Translations under genes and position numbers: made by a program
The notes under the pieces: generated by a model
Database searches by the model: none
Seen by the model: only the letters and a program-made list of their open reading frames with translations
What the model was told of the DNA's origin: nothing
Shown: positions 38,601-51,384 of the stretch, in pieces
Layout of the letters: each line of letters opens with the position of its first letter
Position numbering within the stretch: the stretch's first letter is position 1
From: Phoronis australis
Taxonomy: Eukaryota > Animalia > Phoronida
Assembly (NCBI GenBank): GCA_002633005.1
Contig: NMRA01000394.1
Location: 360,486 to 424,485 of the forward strand
Reading direction: 5' to 3'
DNA: 64,000 bases

Positions 38601-41600
38601 ACAGTTACTCCAGACTCGACTTATAAATAGACAATGACATGGCGTGAAAATTTGCTGAAAATGTGCTACTCGATTGGTCAATTTTCGAATAGTCACAAGT
38701 AATGGTTGGTGGTCACCACGGCCTAGGTTTTCGAGAGAAGGGGGTTGAATTCTGGGTAAAGTTGGGTCCAGTTTTACAGAAGAGTCCCTTAGCGTGTCGT
38801 CAAACTGTCTATCATTGTTCCCTCTTCGATTATTGTCTAATTGAGACTTGAGAACAACGAAGTTCCAGTTTATGACGACATCGATATCGAATGAACAAGA
38901 AATACGACAATGTTCACATTTGTAAGAAGTGAACGGCCAATTTGTCGTTGCAAAACTCTTTTTGTTGTGAAGTTTCACACCGGTTGTAGTTGCAAGAAAA
39001 TTAGTGAATGTGCTTCATGATGATAAATGGTGAGGAGCTCATCGTGGAATCAATGGATGTTGTGTGATGACGTCATTTGGGGGAAATGTGGTTTTCAGTT
39101 TCAGAGTCCAACGAATTTTAAGGTCAATAAATCCAACAAGACACAAAAAAACGTTTGGCTTTATTGATACAGCCAGAGTTGTTGGATGTGAATGAAACAG
39201 TGTTTAATCAATGTAGTATCCATAACCTTATTTACATGCCCCGATTTTTGACAATGACAAGTCGATTTACACCATTATTTACACACTCCGAATGTCGTGC
39301 AAGATTTTTATTCTGCCAAGTTGTGTCAGAATAACAATCTACTCGCTAAAATTTGTCTCATACGACAGTCGTATACGACAGTCGTATACAACAGTCGTAT
39401 GCGACAGTCATATGTGACATAGTATATGAAAAATCGGAGTGTGCAGACAGGGCCACCGCTCACATGATTCGAAGTCGGGTCTCAGAAGCAGTGCTGTAGT
39501 GGGGCCAGCCGCACGTGGGCGCAGCCAACCACCTTTTGGCATTAGAACGTAGCGCCTGCACACCGTAAGTTACGGTCAGTGCTCAAGGTAATACGGTGGG
39601 CTTTGGGCGCCTACTTACCTCAAATTTTACCACTGCAGCACTGCTCACAAGTGCGAGTCCGCAACCCAAATCACTGCGGATATTGTCTTCCAGCAGTGAT
39701 TGGGTTGAAGACACGGCGAATGGTTCCCTAACTGAAGTGGTGTACAGATCACGTGTCACTTCTTCGTCCCCTTCTTGTCATTATCGGTGTATAGGTATAC
39801 AATTCAGTTGTAGAACAGTGTCAACAGGATTAATTAGTATCGACCATAAAACTAGTAAAATTACAAACTATTTATGCAACCAACCTCAAAATTGCTAAGG
39901 ACCTTTTGTAAGCAACAACCATACGTATCGCCATAGCATTTTTCTCATGGATATATTGTTGCGATCAATCATTCGATTTATTCTAATCTTGCACGAGTAA
40001 GAGGACCAGTGTTTGAAATATAAGAGCCTGTAAATATTGGTGCGGTAATCACTCCTGTCAGCAAAGGGCGGTGCAGTTCGATCACAACAGTTTCTAAAAT
40101 GAAATCAACTGGAATCCTGTCTTTGTTAAGTGGATGATAAATAATTAATATTGAAATTGATTTTATTTTATTTGAGTGGAGTGACAATGGTCAAATTGTC
40201 TTTCAGAAGTAATTGCTGTAATTAAAAGAAGAGATAATTGTGACAGGGTACTAGTAAAATGCCTAAATTTTGGCTTACTTCCGAACGTCATGTCTCAAAA
40301 ATGGTTGATCGCATTCAAATAAAACTTTCCAATACTATGCTTTATGCACTGATCTCCAAAACTCTCATAAGAATTGCTTTTTAAAATGACCATTTTAAGA
40401 GAAGGCTGGTCAAAAATATGACTTTTACGATTTTTATGAATAAATCAAAAGTTGCATAAAGAAAAATTGAAATTGTAATTTCTAAAACTGCAATAGCGAT
40501 TTTGAGATTTCATCGTTAACACTTATATCAAACGAAATCTAGATACGTTATTGATGCCATTGGTTTCCCACGAATGAACCTTCGTTTTTACTAAATTTTA
40601 CAAAAAACACCTGGCACATTGGTATCAAAACAAAAATAAAATTCTGATAGCTTTCAGAAAACGTATACTTTTACGCAGTGAAATTTCATAGAATGCACAC
40701 GTAGTGGTCAGGTCTTATACATAACCTTAAAACCATTCTAAACCGTGTTTTGTTGTCAAAAAGATCGACTTTGCTCTTCCAAAACAACGTCATCGCGTCT
40801 TTCTGTCTTCACTCGCCCTGACAAGGAACTTAAATGTCCTGGTTTGAAGCAATAACCGCCTGTCAGTTCTTATAAAGCCAAGACATCATTTCTAATATTA
40901 ATAAGAAATAAGATGACATCGATTTTATAATGGTAAGTGGCCAAAACCAAACGTTATTTTAGAAACAAGACGGCAGCTTATTGCCCCTTGAATGTCATTA
41001 ATCAATCAGTTATTTGGATGAAAATGTTTGATCATGGTTACAGTCTCTTTAAACAATTTTCCTTTGATTGAGCTTTAAAATGCAGCTGATGCGGAAGGAA
41101 TATTTCATAGGAAGACGGATTTATCACTTGCCAATTTATATTGAACTACACCTACAATGTACATGTATGTCAAATTTAACTTATCTTGTTACTTCACAAG
41201 AAGCACAACCAGAAGAGGTAACCATTTACTGCATTTACGCTTAAGATCTTGATGTCGACGGGGAAGATAAACACGATAAATACATGACAACCGACTGCTC
41301 ATCACTTTTACATACACAGCGGCACGAACTCCTACTAAAAACAAAAGGTTATTTAATTTGTAAATTGCTCAACCGATGTTTGGTTTTTAAATTGCTCACT
41401 CGCTGAGCTATTGTTGATATATCCTGATTCTAAATAGACCACTTGTTTTCAAAACAGTAGTGATAATAAATCGTTTCTGGTGCAGTTCAAGTTCATCGCC
41501 CTTGCTCTTAATTACAATAAGTGCGTGCGTGTTTGTGCGTGAGTGCGTATGTGTGTGTGCGTGTGCGTGTGTGTGTGTCTATTTCACGGACAATAAATTC

Positions 41601-44600
41601 ATTTCTCAAGAATTGATCTGTTCATATATCTATTAATTAAAGTACGACACAGCGTGTAAATCGATGACAGCTATTAGTCGCCGTTTGATAACAGTTGCAT
41701 CATCGTCAATTTGATAAATGAACATAACTGCCAAAGAATGTGTCATTTAGTACCTTCTAAGTATGGTGTTGATATAAGAACAGTCAAGTATGGCAGAGGT
41801 GGTGTGTGGAACCCACTGTGATATCATGAGGACCTGACGTTTTTGACGTTCAGCTTCTGTACTCCCATACTTTTTGTCTTCTGCAGGTCTTTCGAGTGAC
41901 CGGCATCCTATAGATTCTTAACAATACAAAATCCAACACTTTCAAGTATCGTTTTCCATCATTGCTGAGCAAGTTCCCAAATCTATTCCAAAATTACAAT
42001 TTGTTTACTTTTGGGGGATGCGCAACACCGAGATTAACTTCAATTTTACCCTTGTGTTTTATCGAAAAGTCTTGCTAAGACACCTTTGCTCATTTTTCAT
42101 ATTTTTTATAATCCCGCATTCCGTCAAAGAAATGACCTCTAATTAGATTTACACCACTTATCGCAATCGGTCTCAACTTGTTTCTTCTTCAGGCGAGAAG
42201 TGATTTCTACGCTAAGGACTGACAGTTCCATATTCCTTGAAACCATGCTCGGCGCATACAATGACACGGCGGGACAAGTTAACTTAATTATAGCGTCTGG
42301 TCTCAAGTGATAACGCACCTACAAGTTTTCTTGTTAAGGAAAAATCTGAGATCAATTTCATAACAGTATATGATCCAAATCAAAAGTATTTTTGCGACGG
42401 AGGGCAGGTTTGTGGCCGATTTAATTGCACGTTATTAAATCTGAAAGAAAAGTGGTTTTCTGAGGTTAGCACCAACGTGAAATCAAACTTACAACTTGAG
42501 TGGTCCCAGTGCAGCCCTTTGTGGGCGGAGCTAAACCACACGTGATCACAGGCAGAGTATTGTAATCGTACCTAACAGCAGTTACCGGCGAATGGCTGAC
42601 AAACGACTATGAGATTTGGTGATTTGTACTAAAAGCAGAAAAACAGCCGATTTAGTTGTTGTATACAGTGGCTCTGATCAAAGCTAATGAGTACAAGGAG
42701 TCTATCCTGTAAAACAATGATTTCAAAACTGCCTTTTTCAGCAATGAACCGGTTATGTAACTTCAAGTGACGTTCTGCACTCGTCTGCTTCACTCATCCT
42801 CTCTAAGATCATGCACAACTTGATATAATTTTTATCTCATGCTAAAATTCAAATTAAGCAACGGAATTAAGGTTAAATTTTTGTTATCCTCCTTATAATC
42901 TTGTTTTCCTTGAAATTTCTGATTTTCCACTCGCGTTTGAGTTCAATTTGATTCTGTACCAAACAGGGAGTTGTTATATTTTACATATTTTTGAATGACT
43001 GATGAAAATTCTCTTAAGTTGGTGTCAATTTTGTTGAATAAACAGCTGTTACCTGTATTCGAGGTTTATGAAAATTATGACATAGAACGCACAACATTTC
43101 CATAATCACCTGTTAGTGATACGGATATACAGAATCAGCTGGAAAAACAACGAAGGGCAACTGATAGTTGGTTAGCACTTTAATATGTTTAAGCAGCAAA
43201 GAATTGTAAATAATTGCATTTTATGGATAGTTTCAAATCAGCTTTTCAGCTGTTTTGCTTTTGATATTAATTTTGACGTCTTCTTCTGTGGCTGTTCTCC
43301 ATTTGCGTTTGTTAACTTAGTGTTTTGGCAACTCTGCACATCGAAAGCGTTCTGTCGGTGATAAGTCGTGCATCAAGTGACTCGGTTGATGAAATCATGA
43401 GAGCTCCGTTAGTGTATTGTCAACCGAAACTGTCTGAATTGTTAATGTTAGGGGTCTTTGATCTGAAAATCACATTGTATGAACAGCGTGTGCTCGCGGA
43501 ATGCTATATTGCAAAGGCTCCGGTTCGACAATCAATCATTGTTGTTAGGTGTAAAAGTCCTACAGGTCGAATGTCTCGTGGTCGAATATCACCATGTGTG
43601 TGCTTATTTATGCGCCTAAAGCCTAGCGTACATGTACATCGACCTTAAAACTGTACACAACCAGTTGTAAGCAGGTTACCGGCAACTGAGAGCAACTGAG
43701 AGCAACTGAGAGCAATTGATAAGTTGCGAGTTTCGCCGATGTGCGTCTTCATACCATTGACGGCGTGCAACTGATCGCTCGGTTGCCGTCAATTGCACGT
43801 GCTCTACTTTCTCGCCACTAGTTCCACTCAGTTTCGCCGATGTACGCCTCGCGCTGCAACTAGATCTTAAGAATTGTATGAAACGAAAACTGGTCACTAA
43901 TCAATGGTTACTGCCCGTCGCTTTCGATGAGTGCGCAAACGTGACTGGGAGTAACTGGGACTGCCTAGTTTCTCACAATCGCTAAATTACCGATGTACGC
44001 GTGGTTAGAAACTGGCATGTGCGGAGTCTGCCAATAGCGGAGTTGCAACGCCGCCATATTGGAAATGGGTCAGAATGTTGCATTGTGGTTAAGCCGGTAA
44101 ACAAGTACGTCGGCAAGCGTGGGGGCGAACCGGCCACAGGGAGGTTATACGTGTTGTGTGCCTGGCATGCTATAATACCAGTTAGCGAAATAAATTATTT
44201 AGTTACTACCTGTTTCCCAAGGATCAAGAACTGCGTTAAACATGGGTCAGAGACATCGGTAGAGCTGGTAGCAAAGGCCGACTTCGTGAATTCTTTCCGA
44301 CTTCGTAGCATAAAGTGTGCACCGCTCATTTTGAGGGCGGCAAGAAAACGTATCTTAGAAACTGCCCAACAATATCTCCCTTCAAAGAAACAGTAACAAA
44401 TACTCCACGGCGGTTGGTAGTGAAAATAATACTTGTTTTCAGAACCAAGCCAACATGAGCAATTTTGAGGATAATGCCTCTGCACAATCACCTGTTCTGG
44501 GTCGACTCACTTAACGTATGCACATTACGCGCTAAGATAAAGCGTGCAGATTATTATTATTTACTTTCTACAAAATTGTGGTACATTGCTATCAAAATTC

Positions 44601-47600
44601 GTTGTTAAATTACGATCATTCTTCATAAAATTTTGTTGAAGTTCCAGGGCGAAATCTTGCCGACAAGTGCGTAGCTGCTGGTCTCGCAATCGTCGATAGG
44701 GCTTGAATTCTTAAATAAGAATACAGCTTTGACTCAACAAATTTCCTGAAATCCTCCTCAAGTTTTCCAAATAGCGTCTCTAAGATTTTTAAGTTCTTGT
44801 GAAGTCTGGATTAACTGCAGATTAAGTCCAAATCTACGCTAGATTGTAGCACGCAACCCGAGAAAAATCTCTGTGGGAACACATGTTGTTGTCACGTGAC
44901 GTTTGTTTTGAAGTTTGTATGCGTGTGTGTGAGAGTAAGCGTGCGTGTGCTTGTCAGAGTTCATTTGCCAGAGTAATGTAATGATCTAGGTGTGCATTGT
45001 ATCCAAAAAAAAAAAAATAAGTCAAGCAGTCAAGCAGAGCGTGTTTTAATATTTACGGCTTAGCACTTGCTGGCCTCATCTGCTAAAAACGTTCGAGAAT
45101 TTTTTCGGTAAGACCGACATGTCACTCATTGAGTCGCCGGGTGAGTGGATGCGTGACCGTAGTGTAACAGCTATTTCCCGGAAGATTTGGGGTGTAAGGG
45201 TGCGAAGTGGGTCATTTTGACCTTAAAAACACCAATTATGATTAGTTAAATAATTTCTCTTAAAAATAATGCAGAAGCTTTTTACGGTATTGGAAACTTT
45301 CGGAAATTAGTGCCAATATTTATTTGCCGATGCTATGTTACCCGATTAATCTTCGATGACAGTCGGTACATTATGCAGCGCGCGCTTCTTGGTCGCGTGC
45401 TAACACTGGTCGAGTTTTTTTTTTTAGTCTTCGATTCACGGTTTTCACATGCACAAAGAAGTTTGAGGCCGGAGAAGATCTGTACTGGAAAGAAACAATG
45501 CAATCCCCCTCTTTGACAAGTACGCTGTGTCTGTTTTCAAAGTCCAGACCCGCGTAGTGGGGCACATCCCTCGCAAGAGCAGCAAAACTTCTGCGTTCTT
45601 TTTGAATCGCGGCGTAAGTTTGAAGTGTATACGGACATAACGGTGAGGCTCGTGGTCCGTTACAAATTCAGGCTGTCGGATCTTTCAATTGATAAATTGG
45701 AGACGTTAGAACTGTAGGTAAGGGCATTTTTCGCATGTAGTTCATGGGCTGGGCGCTTACTTTAGCAAAGTCTGAAAACGCGTTGGGGGACTTGTTGAGC
45801 CATGGGCGCTAATTAGGGCGAATAGCGGCAGAATTACATACAGCAGCGTAGTTTAATGCACACAAATTACACGTCGTGAAAACCAGTCGGTCATCCCGTT
45901 TACCATCAACAATCCCAGTAGCCTTTGCGCACCCTAATTTCCGGACATGTGCAATCGTTAAATCGATTCGGTTGCAACTCCGCTATTGCCTTGTCGGTGT
46001 ACTTTAGGCTAATGCATAAGTCACATAAACTTCTTACGTAAGCATTCAACGTAGGGACGCGTGGCACAAGCTTCGCGCAGGGGATTATCGCATGCAAAAT
46101 CACATGTCTTTTAAAAAATGGTTGTTATTCGGATGTTTTTGTTCATTCAAGATATTAGTTCCAGCTCGCTTTAAGGTCGTGTAGAACCCTAGAATATGCC
46201 ATATTTGGCTAACTTTGGAATATTTTATATCAAACAGCTGATCAGGTTCATGTGCAACTTCAGATACTATGATTCATGCACTCGTCTCCAAAACTTGGTT
46301 AGGAATTGTTTTCGAAATGTTTCATTTTTCCATGAGGGCTGTCGAAAATAATGATTTTATTATGTTCATGAAAAAATTACAGTTGCAAAAACAAAAACGA
46401 AGTGATATTTTGGAAAGCTGTAAAAGAGTTTTATAAATCTCACCTTGAACATTTATATTAGTAAAATTTGATCGTGTAATTGTTTGCTATCATATGAGGC
46501 AACTAGTACATTGTTATTTGGGCGTTTTGTTACCCCAAAGCCATGACTGTGACTAACCCGTCCTAATCGATTCACTAATTAACGCACGTGGCTTAGCCGC
46601 GCTGCTGAAGAAATCCTATTCATTAATTTCTCTTGTAATGCATCGATTTTAGAAATTCGAAGACGGCTGATATCAACTTTTCAATTTAAAAACAGTCATT
46701 TTGGTCGTTTGCCTAATTATTGTTCGTTTTTGTTTTGAAACTAGTACGCTTAACATGCAATTGTTTATTACCAGAATTATCTCCATTATTACGCATTCGG
46801 CAAAGCCTGTGAGTAATGACCGCACCACCAAGCCTTTTACGTGCCGAGGAATTCGCTGGATACTCTGGGGCTGGACAGTGCGCGTAATCTCGTCCACACA
46901 TTAGTAAAATGCTACAAGTGGAATTCTGCAAGCTTTGTGCTTTCAGAAAATATATACTTTTACATAGTCAAAATCTATAGCTTTGTAGATATTTGACAGA
47001 ATATCTGTCACTAAGTTTCTACATAATCTAATTCAAGTGCTTCGCGTACCTGCGCTAGCGCTAATTCCAGGAGGTCAAATCTCTAATTCTATAAATGTCA
47101 GCCGTCTACAGGCCTCAATGAAATGGCAATATCGTAGGCCTAACTAACGTTTTTCTTTTGGACTTAAATTTCAGTTCGCAGCCTCACACGAAAAGTTATG
47201 AACTTGGTCTGACGAAATAATGAACAGAGTGTCACCTCTTTCGAAACTCTGGAATCACCTCCAATTTGAATAAGGAATAATTTTATAACAGCAGATGCTC
47301 TAAATCAAAAGTCCGTTTTCATGGTGGAAAGATTGTTTATAGCCTATATAAAAAGGCATAGTAAGTACAATTATAACTTCTCACTTTCATCCTTAAAAGT
47401 ACGTGTCACGTATACTGAATGTTAATGTTTACATACCGTCTTAGGCCTTGGCAAACTTCTTCTCTTTCTTCCTGGTGGAGGTCCTCCGTTCAATGGTGGC
47501 TGAGTAGTTGCTCCAGCATTTTTCGTCGCTTGCTGTTGTTGCTGAGTTGTTTGTGCAGCATTTTGATTCAGAGACTGCGTCCCCTGCTGCTGTTGCTGAG

Positions 47601-50600
47601 TAGTTGATCTATCATTTTGATTCAAGGATTGCGTAGCTTGCTGTTGTTGCTGAGTTGTTTGTGCAACATTTTGATTCAGGGACTGCGTCCCCTGCTGCGT
47701 TTGCTGAGTTGTTGGTCCAGCATTTTGATTCAAACTCTGTGTCTGTTGCTGCTGTTGTTGGTTTGCACTCAGTGTCGTCTGCTGTTGTAAGACAGGTCCG
47801 GGGTTATTTTGATTTGTACTTTGAGTTGTCTGCTGTTGTTGGTGCTGTGGAGGGAGCTGGTTTGATGAAACAGTCGTCGGTTGTGGTGCTTGCTGCTGCA
47901 ATGACGTCACTGAGTCTTGATTGGGAGGAAGTGTGGCTCCGCCATTTTCAGATGAAGGAGCCTGTTGACCACCGCCTGTAAGGGAAAAATATAATGATGA
48001 CAACTTGTTCTTAAAAATGAAATTGGTTCCATTGCTGTTTACCTCAACGTTTTCCACGTCAGAGAATCGTGTTCTCCTACTGAACATTTTAGTGTCTTAA
48101 GCCGACCAAATCAAACAGCAAGAGTTCAAAATTGCTCATTTCTTGAGAAAGAGCAAAACGCCATTTTTTTCAACCAAACTGGCACATGATGATAACTCGG
48201 TCCATATTATATGTATTCTATTATTCTAGCACCGTAAAATCAGATGTTCCTCGAATGTAAAATAAAAAATCTTTTCAAACGTTTGTTGTAACTTAAATGA
48301 AATGAAGTCTAACCAAACAACATGCTCGCTAACCAGAATCAGTCATCTATATTTTTTAATCTGAGACTAAAACGTAATACAATAAACTTCTCGGGTAAAA
48401 CTTACGACACTTTATAGCGGGTTTAGACACTGGTGCTTGAGAATTACATCCCATCTCACAGCAGCGGGTCATAAGTATCAGAACGTTTTTTTAATCGACT
48501 ACAAAACCGCTATGATCCACATCCTTAGTTCAATGACTTACCTGACTGCATGCCACCAGGACCAGCACCGCCTTTTGGTTCTGAAATAACAAGAAAGCAA
48601 CTGCTTTAAATATTTATACATGTATGTTGACATTGCCACATGGTCAATGCCGGTTATTCTTTTGGTCAGCTAGCAAACCAAATATTTTTGCCTAGTATGG
48701 TTGTAAGTAATCTTTAGTTTTGACGTGCGATGTTCCGAAGTTGGACAAGTTTTGACATTTAATCATGGTGAAACTTATTGTCTAGTTTTACACCCGGCGA
48801 GCGCGCTGGTTTTCAAATCTTCCATCGTTATTCACTTCATGGCTGTAAGAATTGTGTGCTCGCACTCGCATCGCTGTGAACATTCAAAATCTCTGAATGT
48901 GTTTTGAACGTATCCAACGTGAGCGTAGCCCTGTTGTTTTTATCATCCGATCGATTGATGTCCCCCTCTGCCAACTTAGATGGTGTTTCTAGAGTGATAT
49001 GCCTGGCATCCAGGATCGGTCGACAGGTGCGTGCCTGCCAGATCACGTGAAGCAGGGAACATCACAACCTTGTTCCATCCTCCAGCGCGCAGTTGTCTTC
49101 CGGCCTCATCCCCAAGCATCGACTTGAGGCTTGGTGAGGAGAAATTCACTTGGCACCATTCTGCTTTGTTTTTACGGAAATGGCCGAAATATCACGAGTG
49201 ATATTAAGTTGTATCAACACTGAAATTTGCTTTACTATAATAAAAAATATCCAAATGAGTGGTATTTATGCAGCACTTTAGGTATAGATCATTGGAGAAT
49301 TGATGTTGTTAAATTCGAAAGCAGGCTAATTTCTGTAATTTCCTATAGAACAGACAAAACAAAACTAAGCAAGAAACTAGCCCAAGACGTCGCCCACAGG
49401 AGCAATTATTTTTAAATTCTTTGTGTAAAATTTATACCCAGCACTAGACTAAAATGGCGGACAGGGCATTTGATCAGCCTACAAAGTTGCGACAATACAA
49501 AACTTAACAAAGTTACACTTACTAAACATTTTGTTTTTCATATTGTTCATAAAGCTTTGACTTATTATAGTCCTGAACTGCGGTCCCGCTACGCCCAGTT
49601 GTGACAGACGGAATTGGTTCTGGTTACAAATCGTCACAGCAGGAAAATGTTGTACCTCGAATCTCATCTGGAAAACACAATGCAGTGATGATTAGCAGCA
49701 ACAGTAGACATTTCATATTGCTCTCTCCAGAGTAATGACGAAAGTGACTTTCGATTGATCCCTACTCAGATTTGGTGGACAGAAATTGTGGTCCATTAGT
49801 TTAAAAGCAGAATAATAAATTCCACTTTTCCTTTACATTGTTTGGTTAGTTAAAGTTTGCTAATTTATTTTAGCTTTTTGACACTTGCTGGGATCGAAAT
49901 TATTTTGATTTATACAAATGTAGGCCTCAGCCACTGGCTTTGTCCAGGATTCTTCTTCGCAGTGGGAAATGTATGGAACGTACATGATGTTCCTTGTTCA
50001 CCCATTGATATTTCAAAAGGTTTGCCTTTTCGTAATACATCAGTAAATCCTACCGCACAGCAGTGGAAAGTTGCTAGAATTGTAATAGGTGTTGACACGC
50101 AGTTAATACTAGTAGGTTGAAACCCGTCCCCATGACATGGGATCTGTAGGTGGCGCTGCACGCCTGTCCACCAAAGACCTGATCGCTGCCTATCGGGATA
50201 GTGAATTTCAGCATAGCGGGGCCACTTCAAAAGTCAGCTACTGAAGAAGTCTGACACTCGGAGTTCGGGAAGCTTGTCGTTACACTGAGTTCGCTGAGGT
50301 ATCCCGCAACAAATAGCAGCAGAATATATTACTTGTCAAAATTCCTTTATCTCAAGAAAAAGTATGGATCCCTTTACTGAGTAAATGATTTGCTTATAAA
50401 TGCTGGATAACATACCAAGGACCTTCAATCGGTTACAGTCGCTAAAACATAGGCATTCCTCGTAAAATGTGAAGTTTACATGGGTTACTGAGAACCCATC
50501 TTTAAATAAAGTAGTGACTGAAATCCTTTCGTATTAAATTCGTTGCGCACCAGTTAAATGTTTTAACGGTTCACTGCTTTTCCTATGTCGGCCAAAGCAC

Positions 50601-51221
50601 GTTTTTGTGGATTAACTCAAATTTTAAGGTTTTGGCTTCTACACAAAATATTACACTTTTATTTTTTATTTTTGTTTCATTTTGATGTCAGTTGTGATAT
50701 CAGTGAAATATGAAAATCGGGCGTTACTTGTTCAAACAAGCGCCCACCTATGACTGCGCAGCTTTAGTAGAAAGTGTGCCAATTTCAAGTTCATAATTAC
50801 CGCAAAATTTTTGTAGGTAGCGATTATGTTATGTTGTTGGGGTTGTTAAATAACCTAAATTGATGTGAAGTTTATTTTTTAGAGAATTCAAAAAATTTTG
50901 TTTGGATTAATTCCGGCTCAATGCACTTGGATCTGCCTGTTGGTTAGAACGGCGTCGTGTGTTTTCAACAAAACAATTTTAATTGGTCTTCATTTCATCA
51001 AACATAATCAATTTGCGTGCTGCGCCATTAGCTACAACAAACCAAACGTCAATAATTATGAATCAAATTACTTTTAATTTACCCTTGTTGAACTATATCG
51101 GGATCGTCTGCGAGTGCCACTCATTCCAACATTCATTCATTCATTCTCTGGTGTTGAAGGCCGTTACTTCTCCAGCCCGTCTCGACTTTTTGAAGGCAAA
51201 TGTTGTGAAGTTAGTAGAAAT

Positions 51222-51265
<44 letters not shown>

Positions 51266-51343
51266 CGTATACGTATACGTGTACGTGTACGTGTACGTGT
51301 ACGTGTACGTGTACGTGTACGTGTATGTATATGTATATGTATA

Positions 51344-51384
<41 letters not shown>

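Noticed and set aside
39619-39780. Strong minus-strand donor GAG|GTAAGT at 39619 with an open frame, a possible extra channel exon
   Set aside because: No in-frame acceptor with a good pyrimidine tract. Exons 4 and 5 already join in phase 0 and the peptide has no family motif.
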